DNA of 63,795 bases, filler included, from an uncultured Acidimicrobiia bacterium (GTDB lineage: Bacteria > Actinomycetota > Acidimicrobiia > Spongiisociales > JAOTWH01): the NCBI GenBank assembly GCA_964347285.1. It is 6 parts of 6 records of this genome, joined end to end, with 100 filler letters (N's around TTAATTAATTAA, not from the genome) between each part and the next. Parts side by side here need not be neighbours in the genome. Positions count along the whole stretch, not along the records: positions 56,922 to 63,795 come from CAYFYE010000114.1; 5 more parts are not named here. One strand, given 5' to 3'. Position numbers and translations under genes: made by a program. Under the pieces are notes generated by a model. It worked only from the letters and a program-made list of their open reading frames with translations. It did no database searches and was not told the DNA's origin. Positions 56,922 to 63,795 of the stretch are shown piece after piece (the stretch's first letter is position 1; each line of letters opens with the position of its first letter).

Positions 56922-59694
56922 GCTGTAGGCGTCGTCCACCGCCACCGGGGGGTCGTTGACCGCGGTGACGGTGATGGTGACGGTGGCCCAATTGGACCAG
57001 TTCTCGTCGTTGTCTCGGACCCGGTAGTCAAAGGCGGTGGTGCCGAACCAATCCCCAGGCGGGCTGAAGTCGAAGGTTCCGTCGGCGTTATTGACCACGG
57101 TGCCGATGGTGTCGGTGTCGTTGAGGTCCACGGTCGCCGCCACCAGGGACCCGTCAGGGTCGAAGTCGTTGGCCAGCGCGTCTCCGGTGGTGAAGGGCGT
57201 GTCCTCGGCGGTAGTGAACTCGGCCCCGCAGTCGTCGATGGCGGTGGGAGCCATCGGCCCCGGCAGCGGCACCGGGAGCGACCATGCGCTACGGCCCATC
57301 GTTGCAGCCACCAGAACGGCGTCGGAGGCGTCGTAGTCGAGGTCCCATACGAGCACGTTGGGCAATCCGGTGCCTAGACGGTTCCAGGTGAGCGTGTCGA
57401 CGTCCATGGCAAACACCCCCAGGTTGGAGGCCACCGCAATGGAGTCGAGAGCGTCAACGTATTCGACCGACCGCAACCACAGGCCAGTGGCCGACAGCGT
57501 CCCGGTGACGTCGGTCCAACTGACACCGCCGTTGGTGGATCGATACACGTTGGTGGAATCGATCACGTAGACCGTGTTCCACTCGGTGGGGTCCATCACG
57601 ATGTCGACTGGGGCCTCACCTGGGTAGGCGGCGAGATTGCTGGTTGCCCCCCCGTTGCGGGTGTGAAGGTCGGTGCCGACGCCGTAGTACATGATGTCGG
57701 CGTTGGGCACTCCCCCCGACCAGCCGCCGTAGGCGAGGGCCCGCACATCCAGCCCAGTCGTGTCCACCACCGTGACTGTGTTGAACTGGTCAGTGGTCTC
57801 ATAGAGCCGACCTAGGCCGACAGGCGACCTCGGCGACCCGAAGATGGCCTTGGTGGGATCCACCTTGTTCAGCTCGATGGGCTGATCGAACCAAAACTTG
57901 TCGAGGTCCCGGACGGGCACTCCCTCTAGCAGCAGCCTCGGAAACGTCCGGCTGACGCGGTTACCGGTGCTGTCGTAGATGGCCTTATTGAAGCCCCCAA
58001 AAGACTGGAATCCCGAATACCGGATCGACTGGCCGGCGCATTCCAGCGTTATCGAATCGACGGCCACGTCACCGCCGTCACCGGTGTTGGAGTGGTTCCA
58101 CACGAGGTCGGGAATCGGATCATCCTGGAACACGGTGCCGTTGTCCTGGCTCCCGGCAATGATCCGATTGGAGATCGTGTCATAGGCGATGTCGTGGTAC
58201 TCGCCCACGCCCATATTGCCGTTCAAGGAGAACCAGTCCCCCGTATTGTCACGGGGGCTGGTACGCCGATAGATGCCGGTGTCGTCCACCTCGAGAATGT
58301 CACCGCCCGCATCGAAGACCATTTCGCGCGAGTCGGCATGGGGGGCGCTGTCGTTGGCCGTGCCGCCTCCGGGAATTGCGGCGACGTTGTCGGAGTGGGT
58401 GAGGTGGTCCCACTGGGGTGACGGGTTGCCGCCCGTGGGCGCCACGCCGGTATTGCCCCGAAAGAGCCTGCCGGTGAAGTCGTTGGCCCCGATCGAATTC
58501 GGGAACCTCCCGTCGATACCCACCGGCTGGCGATCGCCGCCGACGTAGACGATGTCTTGGTCGGTAGGGTCGGCGACGATCGAGAAATGGATGTAACCCT
58601 GACCGCCCGGCTTCTCGCGCGGTTGCAGGCCTCCGCCCTCTCCGTCCGGGGTCAGCGGCAAGTCCATCTGGGTCCATGTCGGAGTCGCAGTGGCCGCATT
58701 GTCGCTAAACCCGATGTAGGAGAGCTGTCCGTTCTTCATGACAGCCACGAAGAGCCGACCGGTGGCCGCCACCGCCATCTCGGTGTTGTTGTTGGCGGGA
58801 TCGGTGACGGCTGAGTGCAACGCCGCATCCCCGGCCGAGATGTTGACGTAGTTGACCCCCAGGTCGTCCGAGCGCCAGATACCGCTCCGACGCACAGACG
58901 CGTAGAACCTGGACTGGTTGGTGGGGTCCTCCACAAGATCGAACGAAGGCGCTGCGGGCGGCCCAGCGGAAGAAAACCAACTCCCGTCCAGGTCGGTGCG
59001 NNNNNNNNNNCAACATCCCGTTCAACAAACCGCTGACCAAGCCGAAGGAGCTCGTCCGGGAGAAGCCGGCCACGATCGTTTGATGGGTCGGGTCGGTCGG
59101 ATCGAAGACCATAGCGCCGATCGAGTTTGACGACTGTGTGTCGGTGAGGGGCGTCCACGTCGGAGAGGCGGCAGTGGCGTTGGTGGTCTTCCAGATGCCG
59201 CCGTTGACCGATCCGACGTAAGCGACATCGGCATTCCCGGGTTGAGCCAGCACGGTATGGAGGGCACCGCCGGTCTCGCCGTTCGCAATGCCTTCCACCT
59301 GGCCGTTGATCGTCGGGGCGCCTCCTTCGAACACCCAGGTTCCTCCGACCGTGGTTTCAGGAAGGGCAGGTGGTTCGGGAGGCTGGGGAACAACTCTGTA
59401 GTCGACGGCACCGGGCGGCGCGTCGATCGGGTCGGCCCGCAGCTCGGCTGCAACGCTCGGCGATGCCGTGTCGGCAGCCCCGGCGTCCTCGGATGCCGCG
59501 ATTGGAGCGGCGGCGGTTTCCCGGCCCTCTTGGTCCGCGACCACCTCGGGAACGGTGTCGTGCGCCCCGGCCTCGGGAAGAACCTCGGCACTGCCCCCTG
59601 CCGGGAAGTCCTGGGCGGCTGCTCCTGCCGTCATGAGCTGCGACGCCACCACCATCACCACCGCGGTCAACGTCAGGAGAGGCCGCTTGGTCAT
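56922..59694 (-). CDS. large secreted BNR/Asp-box beta-propeller protein with Ig-like repeats (gap 59001-59010; 3'-truncated)
   Basis: signal peptide; GGIWKTTN, WRSDDLG, YRSTNGGVSW, PHADSR; TAVNDPPVAVDD. Confidence 0.8.
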
Positions 59695-60332
59695 GCCATC
59701 CCTACCCCGGAAAGGGCTCCTCCCCGCCGCTGACGTGCCGAATGGCGCGGCTCGATCAAGCAGCGGTCTGAGTACGCCGGCGTGTCCGCTTGGAACGGGG
59801 TCACAGCCTCAGAAACGGGGAATGCCCCATCGGGAGGCGCAGGTAAATCAAGCCCTCGTGTTGCAGAGCACGGGACTGCCGTACCCGACGAGGCGACCGC
59901 GGACCAGCCTCGTCGCCGACTCGCCAGCGCACCCCCGTCGAGCGGAGAGCCGGGGACAACGGCCCTGATCGCAAGGCTCTCTCGGCGCCAGCCCGCCACT
60001 CGGAGCATCCTGGCCCCCCCGGTTACCCAAGAGTGTACCAGAAACCGCCTACTGATAGGGTCTTTCGACCCTAGTGCGATTGTGAATCAGTTCACGAAAC
60101 CCGAGGCCCCCTACTGCTTGTGGTCAGACCGGGCCCGCCCCGGGGGTCGGTCGGGTTCGTGCGCTCGGGAGACCGATCACGAACTCCCGATGAATTGCAC
60201 CCTTTCTGCATCCTGAGATGAGCGCTCTGCAAGGCGGGACAGCCTTTGATCACCGCTCTCGAAGAGCGCGAACCTCAAGTAGGGACCTTGCCGGTTCAAG
60301 GTCCTCACGAATCTCTGGCCTCTGGGTGAGTA

Positions 60333-60512
60333 GGCGACCCCGGGGGTCTTTGGGCGCGGCCAACCGATAGGGGGGCGGCGACCCATCCGCTCTTTGGGTG
60401 CCGAGCACACCTTGGGGGGCGAGGCGACCCCCTGGGTCTTGGGCGTGCGAGCCCACCTTGGGGGGGAGGCGACCCCCTGGGTCTTTGGGGTGCGAGCCCA
60501 CCGTAAGGGGCG
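60333..60512. repeat. four imperfect ~45-bp tandem repeats
   Basis: GGCGACCC starts at 60333, 60377, 60423, 60468, each followed by TCTT(T)GGG...ACC...GGGG. Confidence 0.85.
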
Positions 60513-60670
60513 AACATCGCCCGAACTGTCGCACTGGGAGCCCGGCGCCTGCCATGCGCCTGGGCGCGCAGGCGTGGTGCCCAACTCGGATCCGGCCTCC
60601 TTTCGCCTACCGGCTCACCACTGATAGCCAGAAATCCCCCAGTTGAGTATCGAACCTTCCATGGGGTCCT

Positions 60671-61870
60671 CTATGCGCCGACTGCGCTCTCCGCCCATCG
60701 CAGCGCCGCCTCAACGCGACGCGCCGTGGCTGCGGGCCAGTCCGCCTGCTGGACGCGGAAGGGTCCCGTGGCGAATCCCAACAAAGCCCCGGCGACTCGC
60801 AGGCGAAGGGCACGCCTATCCACCTCGGTATCGAACGCGTCGATCAACCCGGCACCGTACCTGAAAATGGCGTCGGAACGCGGCGACTCGAGACCGAGGG
60901 TGTGGACATGCCCGAGCAGCGTGGCGAGGTCGTCGGACCGTCGACCGAGGCCGGCTCCGTCTATGTCCACTATGCCGCGTATCCGCCCGCCGTCGAGTAT
61001 GACCTGGGACAAGTGAAGATCGCCGTGGACTGGTACCAGCTCCTCGTCAAGCAGCTTTGCACAGCCGTCGACGACGGTGGCCACCGCCTTCGCCTGCTCC
61101 GGACGCACGGCCGCAATCAGCCGGCCGTAACCGGCAGCCAGGTCGGCCGGGCCCCGCGTACGGCGCTTGGGGAGTTCGGGCAAGCTGTCGAGCAGCGTGG
61201 TCAAGTCATCGGCGCCGGGAAGAGGCCGTCCCTCCTCAAGGGCCGCCCGCATAGTCCGACCGGGAAGGGCTTCGAAGACGATGACACCGGACTCCCCCGA
61301 CCACCCGAGGCTCCTCGGAACAGGGACCTTCCGAGCGAATTCCGTGTGCGCCACCTGGAGGCCGGCGACTTCCGAAGGCGGCACGACCTTGACAAACAGC
61401 CGGTGATGTGCCGTGGTGACCTCCACCACCGCCCGCCGACCGGGCCGATATGACCTGGTTCGCAGGTTGGCGGGTTCGTCCGGCACTCCCAGCTCCGAGA
61501 GGAGCGAGCGGAGCTTGTCTCCGTCCAACACGCTCGCCAACCCAGGGAGCAGGGGATCATTGGGGAAGGACCAGACGGCGATCTCGTCGGCGCCGTCACT
61601 GACCACGACTGTGCCGCTCGGCACCGGAATGCCGGAACTGGCCACCAGCAGCTGGGGCTTCCTCGCCCCGCCGGGACCCTTCAGCCCGACGCGGTAGGAA
61701 ACGGTGATCCTTCGCCCGGGGCGATAGCGAACTTGCTGAAGCTCGATCGACGCGACGCTCAGGCCGATCGGCTCGACGGCGGCCCTGAGGACGGCGGAGG
61801 CTTCCCCGCCCAGGAGGGTGCGGACCGCCGGGACCGCTGGGTCGTCGATGGGGGTCATCAGCCCGAGCAT
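60671..61870 (-). CDS. aminoglycoside-phosphotransferase-fold kinase
   Basis: FVKVV, HGDLHLSQV, VDID; YRPGRR occurs twice; start 61870 or 61882. Confidence 0.85.
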   Translation of the reverse strand: MLGLMTPIDDPAVPAVRTLLGGEASAVLRAAVEPIGLSVASIELQQVRYRPGRRITVSYRVGLKGPGGARKPQLLVASSGIPVPSGTVVVSDGADEIAVWSFPNDPLLPGLASVLDGDKLRSLLSELGVPDEPANLRTRSYRPGRRAVVEVTTAHHRLFVKVVPPSEVAGLQVAHTEFARKVPVPRSLGWSGESGVIVFEALPGRTMRAALEEGRPLPGADDLTTLLDSLPELPKRRTRGPADLAAGYGRLIAAVRPEQAKAVATVVDGCAKLLDEELVPVHGDLHLSQVILDGGRIRGIVDIDGAGLGRRSDDLATLLGHVHTLGLESPRSDAIFRYGAGLIDAFDTEVDRRALRLRVAGALLGFATGPFRVQQADWPAATARRVEAALRWAESAVGA

Positions 61871-61925
61871 GGTGGTGCTCACCTTATCGACGGCCCGGCC
61901 CGGCCCAAGTCCGCACGCGGGAAGG

Positions 61926-62469
61926 CTACGGGGTGTCGTCGGGCGAAGGGGAATCNNNNNNNNNNNNNNNNNNNNNNNNNNNNNNNNNNNNNNNNNNNNN
62001 NNNNNNNNNNNNNNNNNNNNNNNNNNNNNNNNNNNNNNNNNNNNNNNNNNNNNNNCGGGGTCGGGGTCTCCTCGTCCGGGGTCGGGGTCTCCTCGTCCGG
62101 GGTCGGGGTCTCCTCGTCCGGGGTCGGGGTCGGGTCGTTCCGATCATCGGCGACCGTCACCTCGGTCACCGCGGGTTCCGTTTGGCTCGCAGCCACAACC
62201 GAGTCATCGAACGGAGAGCCGACCGAGGCTTCGGCGATCGACGTCGAAGGCGCTGAGTTCGGCGTGATCGATGAAGCCGGCTCGAGGTCGTCGACCCTGA
62301 TGACATCTGCGAGTCGGAATTGCGGCGTGCGGACCCAAAAGGTGTGCTTCGTCGGCTCCTGCTCCGGCTCTTCGTCGTCACCGAGCGCCGATGCGGCAGC
62401 TCCCGAGCTCAACGCCACCGCGACGGTGACCGACCCGGATACGACCTTCCACTTCCGAGGTATGACCAT
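61926..62469 (-). CDS. secreted acidic Ser/Thr/Pro repeat protein (spans gap 61956-62055)
   Basis: signal peptide; (PTPDEET)n before the gap; DSPSPDDTP* after it; RBS GGAGTGAGG. Confidence 0.72.
62056..62133 (-). repeat. 21-bp coding tandem repeat (PTPDEET), runs into an assembly gap
   Basis: CGGGGTCGGGGTCTCCTCGTC x3 or more. Confidence 0.92.
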
Positions 62470-63190
62470 GCCTCACTCCTATATCGGAAGGCTTGAGCCT
62501 GATCTGAACTTGTTTAGGAGCTCTTCTCATAGTGGTTAAGAAATCGCCAAACCGAGCATCGCAGAGCTGTACCACCCAAGTGGTCCACCTCGGAGCTGAA
62601 GATCCAGGCCCTTCTTGCCAAAGCGAGTGACGAACGCGGCCGCGACGGCCGCACGCGCAGGCTTGAGGATGCGATGAGAACAGCAGCGTGCCGGTCCTAC
62701 CCCAGTCCGTGAAGCCGATCATGTCGGTGTTACCCGGCTCGCGGTTGTGGTGGCGCTGGTCCGTGTCGGGTCGCCGCTCCTCGACGTTGAGATTCGTGCC
62801 GGAGTTGCTCACCCTGCGACGTTGGGATTCACGACGAGGGTGCCGCCGGTCAGTTCTCCGAAGGATCACGACGGGTTGGTCGGTCCAGGTGACTCCCTGG
62901 GCGGTGCTCAGCGGCCCGACGTCCACGGCCTGGTAACCCGCCACCATCAGCTTTGGCGCATCGGCTGATGGCTTTGGCGAGCGCGGCAGTTGAACGATGG
63001 CCCGACTACCGAACCTCATCCAGCGCCACTGCGCTCCCTCGACACCCAAGTCGCTCGTCGCACGCGTCGCGATCAAGGGTTTCACCGCCACTCGCCTGCG
63101 CCACCGCGACCGAGCCTGTCACCGGCCGACGTGCGACTGCGTCTGGTGCAGCCACGGCGCCACGGAACCCGTCGCCTCACCAGAAACCCC

Positions 63191-63222
63191 TTGACCTTCC
63201 AGTCGAATAGAAGGCGTAGGTT
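63191..63222 (+). promoter_or_regulatory. MerR-family metal-responsive promoter
   Basis: TTGACC-N20-TAGGTT with dyad CCTTC...GAAGG in the spacer. Confidence 0.72.
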
Positions 63223-63268
63223 GACGTCGGACGAGAGGGCTGCCACACAAGATGAGATAGGAGCGGTG

Positions 63269-63689
63269 ATGACACAGATCACCTACGGGATGAAGACCCG
63301 AACCTCGATGGACATTCACGGAACCGAGACACGGTTGCGTGAAGCATTGACCGCCGAGGGTTCGGGGTCCTGACCGAGATCGACGTGGCCGCCACCCTCC
63401 GTGACAAGCTCGGGATCGAGGTGGCCCCGTATCGATCTTGGGGGCCTGCAATCCGTCGCTGGCGGCACGGGCGCTCGACGCCGAACAGGATATCGGGCTG
63501 CTGCTGCCCTGCAACGTCGCCCTGTACGAGGACGTAGACGGAACCGTGGTCTCGGTTCTCGACCCACGAACCATGGTGGACCTCACCAACAATGCTGCGT
63601 TAGAGCCAATCGCCAAGGAGGCACAGACCCGCCTGGAACGGGTCGTCGCCGTATTCGAGACCGCCGGGAAGGAGGATGCTGATGCGTGA
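63269..63689 (+). pseudogene. DUF302 protein with two frameshifts
   Basis: REALTAEG / FGVLTEIDVAATLRDKLG...PY / ILGACNP...IGLLLPCNV; single-base deletions near 63360 and 63433. Confidence 0.8.
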
Positions 63690-63795
63690 CCCAGTGTGTG
63701 GAATGACCGTCGGTGAAGGAGCGCTCACCGTCGAGGGCTACCCAGAGTTTGGGTTCTGTTCGGAGCATTGCCGCAAGACGTTTCAGGCCGATCCG
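63682..63795 (+). CDS. YHS/TRASH metal-binding domain, possibly the N-terminus of a Cu P-type ATPase (3'-truncated)
   Basis: MRDPVCGMTV...FGFCSEHCRKTFQADP; RBS GGAGG. Confidence 0.8.
   Translation, partial: MRDPVCGMTVGEGALTVEGYPEFGFCSEHCRKTFQADP

Noticed and set aside
58935..59010. Frameshift in the BNR protein
   Set aside because: The frame change coincides with a 10-N scaffold gap of unknown true size.
60333..60512. CRISPR array
   Set aside because: Whole units are similar, there are no unique spacers, and no cas genes are present.
60671..61870. Aminoglycoside resistance gene
   Set aside because: Only the fold is shared; length, N-terminal module and context differ from resistance APHs.
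62378..63091. 237-aa minus-strand ORF
   Set aside because: No recognisable motifs, atypical composition, and it overlaps the repeat-protein gene; probably spurious or decayed DNA.

Overview
High-GC actinobacterial DNA, most consistent with an Acidimicrobiia-like draft genome or MAG (rny present, actinobacterial LexA and NrdR boxes, MprB-like kinase). It is not contiguous: six fragments are joined by N-TTAATTAATTAA-N linkers (11540-11639, 23031-23130, 34472-34571, 45776-45875, 56822-56921), so neighbourhood holds only within a fragment. Fragment 1: ssb-rpsR-rplI-dnaB, a decayed DM13 gene, an antiporter, udk, and an NsrR-like Rrf2 regulator upstream of a membrane-anchored NirK fused to a C-terminal cupredoxin. 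Fragment 2: an unassigned catabolic cluster. Fragment 3: an MprAB-like two-component system with two paralogous secreted proteins behind TCTCAN hexamer arrays, a SAM riboswitch-metE-divergent metF operon, an SGNH hydrolase and an acyl-CoA synthetase. Fragment 4: a surface phosphoesterase, tRNA-Gly, dut, nrdR, LysM/lexA, dapF, miaA, miaB, rny (with a structured leader) and recA. Fragment 5: a sugar ABC transporter divergent from two Gfo/Idh/MocA genes, a GH13_18 phosphorylase and an MggS-like GT4. Fragment 6: a large BNR/Ig protein, a ~45-bp tandem repeat, an APH-fold kinase paired with a secreted acidic Ser/Thr-Pro repeat protein, and a decaying MerR-type metal-resistance operon. Best candidates for undescribed biology: the kinase/repeat-protein pair, the two-component system with duplicated accessory proteins, the rny leader, and the NirK-cupredoxin fusion. 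All family calls come from recalled motifs, not database searches.
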